Assembly (NCBI GenBank): GCA_040235515.1 | Contig: JBECKX010000060.1 | Coordinates: forward strand, 1 to 28,777 | DNA from: Candidatus Zixiibacteriota bacterium | GTDB taxonomy: Bacteria > Zixibacteria > MSB-5A5 > CAIYYT01 | DNA: 28,777 nt | Direction: 5' to 3' | Shown: positions 18,016-26,214 of the stretch, piece after piece | Layout: each line of letters begins with the position of its first letter | How positions within the stretch are numbered: the stretch's first letter is position 1 | Position numbers and translations under genes: made by a program | The notes under the pieces: generated by a model | What the model was told of the DNA's origin: nothing | The model's database searches: none | What the model saw: the letters and a program-made list of their open reading frames with translations, nothing else

Positions 18016-18044
18016 AATATATATATATGTTATCGACCTCTCAA
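18016..18044 (-). promoter_or_regulatory. Sigma70-type promoter for hbd-ackA containing an (AT)6 tract
   Basis: TTGAGA (18044-18039), 17-nt spacer, TATATT (18021-18016). Confidence 0.6.
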
Positions 18045-18049
18045 TCTAT

Positions 18050-18067
18050 TTGTGAAATTTCTAACAA
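18050..18067. promoter_or_regulatory. Degenerate Rex-like box upstream of hbd
   Basis: TTGTGAA-ATTT-CTAACAA versus Rex consensus TTGTGAA-N4-TTCACAA (2 mismatches). Confidence 0.5.
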
Positions 18068-18113
18068 TCTCACGCTAAATTCATCCCGTGGTTTGTGCCA
18101 CAACAGATTCGCT

Positions 18114-18143
18114 TTGACAGGGGGGGAAAACCTTGCCTATGCT
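18114..18143 (+). promoter_or_regulatory. Sigma70-type promoter for the DUF2905-like gene
   Basis: TTGACA (18114-18119), 18-nt spacer, TATGCT (18138-18143). Confidence 0.6.
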
Positions 18144-18180
18144 TCGCCTCCTCCTCTCGTATCAGGATCGGAGAGTTGTA

Positions 18181-18396
18181 ATGCTTCAACCAGTTGGCAA
18201 AGTTCTTATTATCGGCGGTGTGGTGATGATTGTTGCCGGACTGCTGTTCCTCTTCGGCGACAAAATCCCGTTCCTCGGCAAACTACCCGGTGATATAATG
18301 TTTCGGCGGAAAGGGGTCACAATCTACGTACCGATCGTCACGTCAATCATCCTCAGCATCATCTTAACAATCATCCTGAACCTCTTCCGAAAGTAG
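18181..18396 (+). CDS. DUF2905-family small membrane protein
   Basis: ATG 18181 preceded by GGAG; GKVLIIGG...LGKLPGDI...YVPIVTSIILS pattern with two hydrophobic segments. Confidence 0.88.
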   Translation: MLQPVGKVLIIGGVVMIVAGLLFLFGDKIPFLGKLPGDIMFRRKGVTIYVPIVTSIILSIILTIILNLFRK

Positions 18397-18646
18397 CCTC
18401 CCCCAAACAGCAATCGAGTGGCATCTTGCTCGCAGTGAATCAGTCTGTTCGGGTTGTTGATTGAGTCGGCAAGTCGCCCAAAATGGAACCCGCACCCTGC
18501 TCCGCCGAACTGCGGCGCCAAAGTGCGGGCAGAGAGCCGAGACTCTCAGAAGAGGCGGGAGCATTAAGCCCCCGGAGTCTTTCTCGCCGATAAGTTTTCG
18601 ATTAGAAAAGGATGGCAGTGCCGAAAGTCTCATGCAGGGAAACTGC

Positions 18647-18690
18647 AAACAAAAGGCGCCACGAACCTGGTCTGAACAGGTTCGGGCGCC
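18647..18690 (-). terminator. Intrinsic terminator of the cytochrome operon
   Basis: Minus-strand hairpin GGCGCCCGAACCTG-N7-CAGGTTCG(T)GGCGCC followed by TTTTGTTT. Confidence 0.75.
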
Positions 18691-18782
18691 AAAACAGCTA
18701 ACCGAAGGCGCAAGCGTGCCTGAAACATCATCTGCGTTATTCTCTCAACCAGGCCTCGAGAGACGCTGGGGAGAATGCACCT

Positions 18783-19919
18783 TTATCTCACCTTGACGAA
18801 TTCTCCGGGCGGGAATTCATCATACGCGCGATCATCGTCGTGACACTCCGTACAAACAGGCTTGGCAGCGAAGTTCCGCTCGAGATGGCACGATTCGCAC
18901 TCGATCTCAGTATGGATTTCGTCGAGCAATAGCCCGGTTCTGGCGTGGTTGAAATTGTTCTCGTTCCAGCCGGAGTGACAGGCGTTACAGTCGGTATTCA
19001 ACCGCGCGATTCGTTTTCCGGTCGGATGGCAGGCACGACACTCAAGTTTGCGGTGGAAGCGGCTCATCGGCCAGCCCGTGTCGGCGTGCGTAAATCCGGG
19101 TCGCTCCTGATTGTCGTGACACTTGCTGCAGCGGTCATCGACGTGACAATCATTGCAGATTGCGTGAACCTCCTCCTGCGTCTTCTTGACCACCGATGCA
19201 GGATTCAAATCATGGCAGTAGCCGCAATTCTCCTGCTTGTGACAATCAACGCAACGGAGGTTGAACAACTCGATATGTTCCATGTGCTGGAACGTCACGA
19301 TGGGCCCGGCGTTGTATGGCGTCGTGTAAACGCGTTTCTCCGGTTCCGTGATCACCGGGTGTTCGATACCCATGATATCTGTCGGGTCCGAGATCGATTT
19401 GGCGATGGCGCCACCTTCCATCGGAATATGACAGATCACACACTTCGTGTCGTGGCTCCACTCACGATGGCAGCCCAGGCACTGGCGGTGGTACGCGCCC
19501 TTGAGGTTGGGTTTCGACAGGTCGGTCGATGTCGAGGTCGGGCTATGACACTCCCTGCAGGGCGGGATCTCATCCGTCGGGCTATAATGGTGACAGGTGG
19601 CGCAGTTGCCCCCCATCTCAGCCATGGAAGCATGCAACTTATGGTTAAAGCTCACCGGCTGGTAGAGGTCTGCCAGCGTGTTGAGCAGCATTGTGTCGGG
19701 CGCTTCCTTCAGGTCGTGCTCGGCGGTTTCATGCACCGCCTGAATCCGCGGACAGGCCTTCAAACATGGTTCATCAACGGTCGGAACGTCACATGTGTGA
19801 CATTCCGCACAATTGAGTTTTGGAAAGTCCTTGTGCTTCTGTGCCGGGGCTGAGCTCAGCCCTGTCAACAGAAATGCCAGAGTACCAAGAATAATTACCA
19901 GATTCCGAATCGGTCTCAT
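18783..19919 (-). CDS. Periplasmic multiheme cytochrome c, 13 CXXCH motifs, cytochrome c3/HmcA-like
   Basis: Sec signal; CAECH, CATCH, CRECH, CLGCH, CVICH, CVDCH, CGYCH, CNDCH, CSKCH, CRACH, CNACH, CESCH, CTECH; class III motifs VSFNHKLH and LKGAYHRQCLGCH. Confidence 0.95.
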   Translation of the reverse strand: MRPIRNLVIILGTLAFLLTGLSSAPAQKHKDFPKLNCAECHTCDVPTVDEPCLKACPRIQAVHETAEHDLKEAPDTMLLNTLADLYQPVSFNHKLHASMAEMGGNCATCHHYSPTDEIPPCRECHSPTSTSTDLSKPNLKGAYHRQCLGCHREWSHDTKCVICHIPMEGGAIAKSISDPTDIMGIEHPVITEPEKRVYTTPYNAGPIVTFQHMEHIELFNLRCVDCHKQENCGYCHDLNPASVVKKTQEEVHAICNDCHVDDRCSKCHDNQERPGFTHADTGWPMSRFHRKLECRACHPTGKRIARLNTDCNACHSGWNENNFNHARTGLLLDEIHTEIECESCHLERNFAAKPVCTECHDDDRAYDEFPPGEFVKVR

Positions 19920-19930
19920 TTCAATTCACC

Positions 19931-21184
19931 TCACGCCGTCGTCATTCTGCCGAGAGACTCTTTTGTGCTCTCGGTCATGGTTTGTGGAACTGAAATCACC
20001 GGGAAGTTCAGCACCAGGAATCGATAGACCAATACTAGCGCCGCGATCAAACCGATCGTTACTGACAGCTCGAAGATGGAGGGGAAATAGGTTGTGGTCG
20101 AGTAGAGCGGCTTGTAGGCGACGAGGAATACGTTGATGCGATTCAACAGCACCCCCACTATCACCATCGCGGCAGCCGTGAAGAGCCAGGGAATGGCATG
20201 ACGAAGCTTCTTGCTGCTGAGAATGACAATCGGAGCCACAACGCCGACCAGCATCTCGATACTCCACATCAACGATTGGAACGACCCTTCGAACAGATAG
20301 GGCCAGGCCTCCCGAATCGTGAGGTCCACCACTTTGACCGCAAAGTACACACCCAGAAGAAGCGGTGTGTAGCGTGCGATCGAAGCCAGAATGCCGGTCT
20401 CGGGCTTAAGTCCGAATGAGCGCGAGGCCAGAATCGACTCGAATATCACCATCGGGAAACCCACCGCAATTGCGGAGAGGAGGAATAGGAGCGGCGAGAA
20501 GCTCGTATACCAGAGCGGGTGCATCTTTGTCGGGGCAATCACCATCAGCGTACCCAGGGAGGATTGGTGCATGCAGGAAAGCACCACGCCTGCAATGATA
20601 AATATCGAGATGAAGCGGCCCAGGAATTTCCGGCAGACTCGCAGCCAGGAGTCGATGATGTTGTTCAGTACCTTCAGCGGACCGGGCAGGTTCACCCGAC
20701 CGATGAAGCGTTCGGCAACGATCGGCAGAAACTCGATATAGAGCACCGTCAGGTAGATCATGACGCACATGCCGACTTCGAAAAGCACCGAATTGCCCTG
20801 CCACATACTGGGGAGCATCGGGTGCCAGACGTTATAATAACGGCCGAGGTCGGCGAGCAAACCGATCACAACGAAAGTATAGCCGAGCATCGCGGTGAGC
20901 AGCGCCGGCCTGACGATGACATGATATTTCTCTTTGTGGAAGATATCCGCGAGCGCCGCGGTCGTAAAGCCTCCGGCGGCGAGCGCGACTCCGGTAGCGA
21001 CGTCGATGGCAATCCAGATACCCCACGGGTACTGGTTGTTCAAGTTTGTCGCACTTTCAAGCCCGAATGCCAGTCGATAGATGTAGGCCGCAAGCCCGAG
21101 GGCCGCGACAATCGCCACGACGATCGTACCTTTAGTGAAGTACGGCTTCTGAATCGGGGTCGGAACCTCAAGATGCGCTGACAT
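19931..21184 (-). CDS. NrfD/HybB/HmcC-family quinone-reactive membrane subunit
   Basis: TNLNNQYPWGIWIAIDV, ADLGRYYN, NSVLFEV, LSCMHQSSLG, HPLWY; about 10 hydrophobic segments. Confidence 0.93.
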   Translation of the reverse strand: MSAHLEVPTPIQKPYFTKGTIVVAIVAALGLAAYIYRLAFGLESATNLNNQYPWGIWIAIDVATGVALAAGGFTTAALADIFHKEKYHVIVRPALLTAMLGYTFVVIGLLADLGRYYNVWHPMLPSMWQGNSVLFEVGMCVMIYLTVLYIEFLPIVAERFIGRVNLPGPLKVLNNIIDSWLRVCRKFLGRFISIFIIAGVVLSCMHQSSLGTLMVIAPTKMHPLWYTSFSPLLFLLSAIAVGFPMVIFESILASRSFGLKPETGILASIARYTPLLLGVYFAVKVVDLTIREAWPYLFEGSFQSLMWSIEMLVGVVAPIVILSSKKLRHAIPWLFTAAAMVIVGVLLNRINVFLVAYKPLYSTTTYFPSIFELSVTIGLIAALVLVYRFLVLNFPVISVPQTMTESTKESLGRMTTA

Positions 21185-22085
21185 TGTGACCCTCCTTCTC
21201 CTCCTCGTCCTCCTTCTCGCCGCGGGAATGCATGATCAATCCCAGCAGGCCATAGAGCGCCAGCGGCGGAATGAACGACTTGAAGATGCCGTGCTGAATC
21301 TTTTCGGTGAGTTCCGGTATATTCTCGGAATTGAGCTCCGGCAGCTCGGTGTTGGCGAACTCGGTCGGCGCAAGGTACATCCAGCTCGTACCACCGATTT
21401 CGGTCTCGCCATAGACGTGATCGACATACTTGTCAGGATGCGCCTTGATCCGCTCGCGGGCGACCTCGATCAGGTCTTTGCGCGTCCCGAAGGTCAGCGC
21501 CTCGTTCGGGCAAATCGAGACACAAGCAGGACGCTTTCCGTCAGCCAGGCGATCGGAACAGAATGTACATTTGCGTACCTGCGGTTTCAGTGCTTCCCTG
21601 TACTCGTACGCCGGGACCTGGAATGGGCATGCGACCATGCAATAGCGGCAGCCGATGCATTTCCAGGCGTCATAAACTACCGGCCCGCTATCGCTCTTGG
21701 ACAGCGCCCCGACGATGCAGGCAGACACGCAGGCGGGAGAGTTGCAGTGCATGCACTGCACTTTCATAGTGTACTGCTTGTTGTTTTCTTCGGGAGCGAC
21801 GAATCGATTCACGACGGTGTACGCGTCATCCGTTGGGCGGCGATGCTGCTGAAAGACCGACTTATCCTCGAAACTGGCGAGATCAGCCTCTTTCAGCTTG
21901 TGCTCATTGTTGCAGGCCCATTCGCACTTTCGACACCCGATGCAGACTGCGGTATCAACCAGAACGCCGTAGTTTTCGCCGCAGTCGGTAACGAAATTCT
22001 CTTCGCTGCCGAGGGCGGTCCCGGTGGCGGCTGAAACCGTCCCAAGTGCAGCCCATTTGAGCAGGTCTCTGCGCGTGAAACCCAT
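21168..22085 (-). CDS. Tat-exported 4x[4Fe-4S] protein, HybA/HmcB-like, with C-terminal membrane anchor
   Basis: TRRDLLK Tat motif; CIGCRKCEWAC, CMHCNSPACVSAC, CIGCRYCMVACP, KCTFC...PACVSICP; HVYGETEIGGT. Confidence 0.94.
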   Translation of the reverse strand: MGFTRRDLLKWAALGTVSAATGTALGSEENFVTDCGENYGVLVDTAVCIGCRKCEWACNNEHKLKEADLASFEDKSVFQQHRRPTDDAYTVVNRFVAPEENNKQYTMKVQCMHCNSPACVSACIVGALSKSDSGPVVYDAWKCIGCRYCMVACPFQVPAYEYREALKPQVRKCTFCSDRLADGKRPACVSICPNEALTFGTRKDLIEVARERIKAHPDKYVDHVYGETEIGGTSWMYLAPTEFANTELPELNSENIPELTEKIQHGIFKSFIPPLALYGLLGLIMHSRGEKEDEEEKEGHNVSAS

Positions 22086-22133
22086 TCTAGATCACCTCAA
22101 TTCCTCGTACAAAATCAACAATAGGTGTCCACT

Positions 22134-22151
22134 TTGTGATTTATTTCACAA
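22134..22151. promoter_or_regulatory. Rex/CRP-type palindrome (proximal)
   Basis: TTGTGAT-TTAT-TTCACAA: one mismatch to the Rex consensus and a perfect TGTGA-N6-TCACA core. Confidence 0.75.
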
Positions 22152-22275
22152 TACTATGGGCACTTATCCTCAAATCCAGACAATTAATGCTACTTTTGGT
22201 CTTGCTTGTCAAGAATAAAATAGCAGCCTTGTCCGATTTTCAAATGCCTCCTTGCACCATAATTGTCGGCAGATA

Positions 22276-22293
22276 ATGTGACAAAATTCACAA
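22276..22293. promoter_or_regulatory. Rex/CRP-type palindrome (distal)
   Basis: ATGTGAC-AAAA-TTCACAA, with a perfect TGTGA-N6-TCACA core. Confidence 0.7.
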
Positions 22294-22393
22294 TAATTAT
22301 CCGTTTAGAATAACTCATTTTGCTTTCGAGACTTAGCCCATTTGGAGGTGAATCCACCTGATTGAGTCGATCGGAGCCGGGAATTGCCGGGGC

Positions 22394-22433
22394 AAAAAAT
22401 AACACCGGCAACCCCGAGGTGAGGTTGCCGGTG
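22394..22433 (-). terminator. Intrinsic terminator after the dockerin-tagged protein
   Basis: 11-bp stem CACCGGCAACC-N9-GGTTGCCGGTG (22403-22433) followed on the minus strand by TTATTTTTT. Confidence 0.85.
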
Positions 22434-22505
22434 CTTTATGTGGAAAGTAAGGTCGGACCTGATTAGACCCTATAAGACCTTCGATCCTGGACTAAAGATC
22501 TCTGC

Positions 22506-25500
22506 TTAGCTGCAGCTACACTTCGGAGCAGGACCGCCACCGAAGATGTAGTTGATGATGTATACAGCGTCACCGATTGAGATCGCGCCGCTACCATCAG
22601 CATCACCATTGAGATCGGTACACGGAGCAGGGCCGCCACCGAAGATGTAGTTGATGATGAATACGGCGTCACCAATCGAGATCGCGCCACTGCAGTCGGC
22701 ATCGCCGCAAATGACAGCCGGTACGGAGCCGGTGGCGAGGAAGCCTTCGCAGTAGAGAGCGGTCCAGTTATTCAGCCAGTTGTCGGTGCTGTTGAAGGCA
22801 CCGGCGTACGGGGCTGAGGCGAACCAGGCATCTTCAGCCGGAGCATCGGAGAGGCTCATGCTGAAGACTACGGAGGTCGCAGCCGGGCGCGGGTCGAGGG
22901 CGTTGGCGCCCAGGACACGGCTCATAGTGCGATCGTTGTTCGTGAACAGCGGGTTCGCAACGATGTTGTCCCAGGTTCCGATACCGGCGGCAGCACCACC
23001 AAGAGTCGGATAGTCGGTGAACACGCGCTGAGCTTCGTGCGGATCGTCGCCTACGAGGGCGGCTGAAGTCATGGCAGTCGGGTCGAACATGCACCAGACG
23101 GTACCATAGATGTCAAGATCAGCCACGGCGAAAGCCGGGTTGTCATAGACGCAACCGGAAACCCAGTTGGCGTCGGTGTATGACCCGGAGGCGCAACGGC
23201 TGTGATACTCGGCATCGATGGTCGGCGTCGTCGCGCAATCCGGAATGGGAGCGAGACTGACGGTTCCGCCTTCATCTTCGAACTCGACGCCTTCGCGCGG
23301 GAATTCGACAAAGATGGCGTTACGGATATGACCACCGGTGTTTTCCTTCGCCTTGATCGCAACATCCTGCTGGGCGGTGGTGACGTTCTCACCCTGACCC
23401 ATCGCAGTGACATTGTAGACGATCGGGCGTGACTTCGGATCGGCATCGATGTTGCCATCGTCGCCGTCGATCTCGAAGGTGCGGTCGCCGCGATCATCGT
23501 TGTAGATCGAGAAGAGGAACTGGAGCTTACCGTTGTAGCCCTGATCCCAATCGAATGAATCGTCATCATTGAAAGCTGAGACGAGGTAGGTGCAGTTGAC
23601 GTTTCCGCCGAACCATTCGTAACCGTCGTCAGCGTTGGCATATACTTCAACGTGGTCGATAGTCGTACCGGCGCCGACGCCACCAAAGGTCAGACCATTG
23701 ATTTCGTTGGCAGCACCGATGACAGAACCACCGTGCTTGAGCTCAACATAGGTAACGACACCGGAGTTGTCGTTGCAGTCGCAACCACCGTAACGGGTGT
23801 TGGCTACCGGCGGCAGGCCCTCGATGTTGTTGCCAAGGCAGACTTCGCCAAGGCCACCATCGATGGTACCGGTGTTGATCGGAGCATTGCCGAGGAGAAT
23901 CAGCGAGCCCCAGAGACCGCGGTCGGTCTGGAGGAGATCACCGACGACATCGATATCGTCCGTCTCAGCGGTGAAGATGATCGGGCAATCCTCGGTACCT
24001 TCGGCAAAGATCTTGCCGTTACGGGTGATGATCAGCGAAGAAACTTCACCCGGGGAAAGGCCGACTTCACCCTTGATGATGGTGCCCTTCTCGATGAAGA
24101 GACTGGCGCCATTGGTGACGAAGGTCGGACCCTGAAGAAGATAGATGTTTTCAGCATTCCAGACCGTGTTTTCAGTGATCTCGAATGAGGTGAACGGTGA
24201 AGCGGGGCCTACCGGAACGACTGTCTTACCGACTTCGGTCTTGCAGTCTACGACGCGGGTGTCGCAGCGCAGGTAGTCGAGGCTCCAGAGACAGGTCCAG
24301 TTGCAGAGCCAGTTATCGGTTGCATTGAAAGCGCCACGATACGGGGCTGAGTCGAAGAAAGCATCCTCGGTCGGGGCATCGACGACGTCGTCGAAAGCCG
24401 GACCATCAGCTGCCGGGCGAGGATCGATCGCGTTGGCGCCCTGGACGCGGATGTTGGCGTCGTCCTGGCCGTAGAAACGCGGGTTGTCGATGACGTTGGC
24501 CCAGGTCTGGCCGGTAACGGTGGTGGCCAGCGCCGGGTAGTCGACGAAGAGACGCTGCACTTCGTGCGGATCGTCGCCGATGTCATCCTGGGTAGTGATC
24601 TCATCCGGTCCGATGTTGTACCAGAGAGTACCATAGATGGTCAGGTTGGCGCCGTTGCCCATAACACCGGCATAAAGCGGATTGCTGTAGTCGCAACCGC
24701 CGACGTAGTTGGCGTCGACGTAGGTGCCGGTCCAGCAGCGTGACTGCTTCTCAGCATCAAGCACGCCGGAACAATCGTTGAACGCACCAACGGTTCCGCC
24801 TTCATCCTCAAACTCTACGCCTTCACGCGGGAAATCGTAGAAGATGGCGTTACGGATATGACCACCGGTGTTTTCCTTAGCTTTGATCGCCACATCCTGC
24901 TGGGCTGTGACAACGGTGTTGCCCTGGCCGTAGGCGGTGACGTTATAGACGGTGGGACGCGAATAAGGCTGCGAGTCAATGTTGCCGTCGTCACTGTCGA
25001 TCTCGAAGGTACGATCACCACGATCGTCGTTGTAGATCGAGAAGAGGAACTGAAGCTTTCCGTTGTAACCCTGATCCCAATCGAATGAATCGTCGTCGTT
25101 GAAGGACGAAACGAGATACTTGCAGTTGACGGTTCCACCGAACCACTCGTAACCATCATCGGCGTTAGCGTACACTTCGATGTGATCGATCGTGGTGCCG
25201 GCGCCGACGCCACCAAAGGTAAGACCATTGATTTCGTTGGCGGCACCGAGAACGGATCCGCCGTGCTTCAGGACGACATACTGGACTACACCGGAATTGT
25301 CGTCGCAGTCACAGCCACCGTAACGGGTCTTGGCTCCCGGAGGAAGACCTTCGATGTTGTTTCCAAGACAGGTTTCACCGAGACCGGCGTCAACCGTACC
25401 GGTGTTGATCGGAGCGTTACCGAGCAGGATCAGCGAACCCCAGAGGCCGCGATCGGTATTGGTAAGATCAAACGGATCAGTCAGGTCGTCCGTGCAGGCG

Positions 25501-25826
25501 GTGAAGATAATCGGCTCGGCTTCGGTACCGGTCGCGAAGATCTGGGCGCCACGCTGAACGATGAGTGAGGCGACATCTCCCGGAGGAAGACCAACGATAC
25601 CTTTGATGATGGTACCGGCCTCGATGTTGAGGGTGGTAGCCGGGGTGACGTAGGTCGGTCCCTGCAGGACATAGACGTTGCCGTTGGTCCAGTTGACCAC
25701 ACCGGCCGGCAGATCGCCTATCGGCACAAAGACCAGGGCCTTACCCGGCTCATTGGTACACTGACCGAAAGCAACCGAAGTCGCCATGATCAGCAGGAGA
25801 GCAATCAGTAAGAGTTTGCGATGCAC
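22506..25826 (-). CDS. Large secreted protein: two tandem ~500-aa acidic, probably beta-helical domains plus a C-terminal dockerin-like domain
   Basis: GTG start with AGGAGG at 25833-25838; signal peptide ending AFG|Q; duplicated NEINGLTFGGVGAGTTIDHxEVYANADDGYEWFGG...DDDSFDWDQGY blocks; twin GDADxSGAISIGDAVxIINYIFGGGPAP at the C terminus. Confidence 0.92.
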   Translation of the reverse strand: MHRKLLLIALLLIMATSVAFGQCTNEPGKALVFVPIGDLPAGVVNWTNGNVYVLQGPTYVTPATTLNIEAGTIIKGIVGLPPGDVASLIVQRGAQIFATGTEAEPIIFTACTDDLTDPFDLTNTDRGLWGSLILLGNAPINTGTVDAGLGETCLGNNIEGLPPGAKTRYGGCDCDDNSGVVQYVVLKHGGSVLGAANEINGLTFGGVGAGTTIDHIEVYANADDGYEWFGGTVNCKYLVSSFNDDDSFDWDQGYNGKLQFLFSIYNDDRGDRTFEIDSDDGNIDSQPYSRPTVYNVTAYGQGNTVVTAQQDVAIKAKENTGGHIRNAIFYDFPREGVEFEDEGGTVGAFNDCSGVLDAEKQSRCWTGTYVDANYVGGCDYSNPLYAGVMGNGANLTIYGTLWYNIGPDEITTQDDIGDDPHEVQRLFVDYPALATTVTGQTWANVIDNPRFYGQDDANIRVQGANAIDPRPAADGPAFDDVVDAPTEDAFFDSAPYRGAFNATDNWLCNWTCLWSLDYLRCDTRVVDCKTEVGKTVVPVGPASPFTSFEITENTVWNAENIYLLQGPTFVTNGASLFIEKGTIIKGEVGLSPGEVSSLIITRNGKIFAEGTEDCPIIFTAETDDIDVVGDLLQTDRGLWGSLILLGNAPINTGTIDGGLGEVCLGNNIEGLPPVANTRYGGCDCNDNSGVVTYVELKHGGSVIGAANEINGLTFGGVGAGTTIDHVEVYANADDGYEWFGGNVNCTYLVSAFNDDDSFDWDQGYNGKLQFLFSIYNDDRGDRTFEIDGDDGNIDADPKSRPIVYNVTAMGQGENVTTAQQDVAIKAKENTGGHIRNAIFVEFPREGVEFEDEGGTVSLAPIPDCATTPTIDAEYHSRCASGSYTDANWVSGCVYDNPAFAVADLDIYGTVWCMFDPTAMTSAALVGDDPHEAQRVFTDYPTLGGAAAGIGTWDNIVANPLFTNNDRTMSRVLGANALDPRPAATSVVFSMSLSDAPAEDAWFASAPYAGAFNSTDNWLNNWTALYCEGFLATGSVPAVICGDADCSGAISIGDAVFIINYIFGGGPAPCTDLNGDADGSGAISIGDAVYIINYIFGGGPAPKCSCS

Positions 25827-26214
25827 TTGTTACCTCCTAAAAGTTAGTGCAGGTTTGGAACTGATTTCGGACTGAAGTAGAACAGAGTGAAACGGAGTCG
25901 ATGCAAAACGGTCCATCCGAGATGCATCCGTGGATTTGCCTGCCTCCCCACCTGAAAGTCTGGTGCAAAGGTCGCTTATGACAGCGAAGGCGGAAAAGTG
26001 CGAGAAGCGTATCATTAAACGTTCAACCGAATCCAATTTGAGTCGCAGCTCGCGCTGCCCGGTCGGTCGTGCTTCACTCAACTCCGAAGGTTCCAATCCT
26101 GCTCGAATCGCGTCGGTCGCGATCCGGGAAGTAACCGCAAACGTACTGCTCATGACCTTGATGATGGCTTTCATGATGACTCTCATGCTGATCATGCTCG
26201 TTCGAGTTTCTTCC

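Noticed and set aside
18530..18750. Glycine-riboswitch-like words (GAGAG, ACTCTCAG, CCGAAGGCGCAA)
   Set aside because: The elements are not in aptamer order or spacing, and there is no co-oriented downstream gene.
18945..22034. Long plus-strand ORFs (302, 220 and 282 aa) and similar antisense ORFs elsewhere
   Set aside because: Antisense shadows of well-supported genes, as expected from codon bias in GC-rich DNA.
22183..22212. Sigma70 promoter for the cytochrome operon based on TTGACA at 22207-22212
   Set aside because: No convincing -10 hexamer at 16-18 nt spacing, so it was not called.
25830..26195. 121-aa minus-strand ORF between the receptor and the dockerin protein
   Set aside because: No well-spaced RBS, a repeat-derived N terminus and no motif; cannot be supported, though not strictly excluded.
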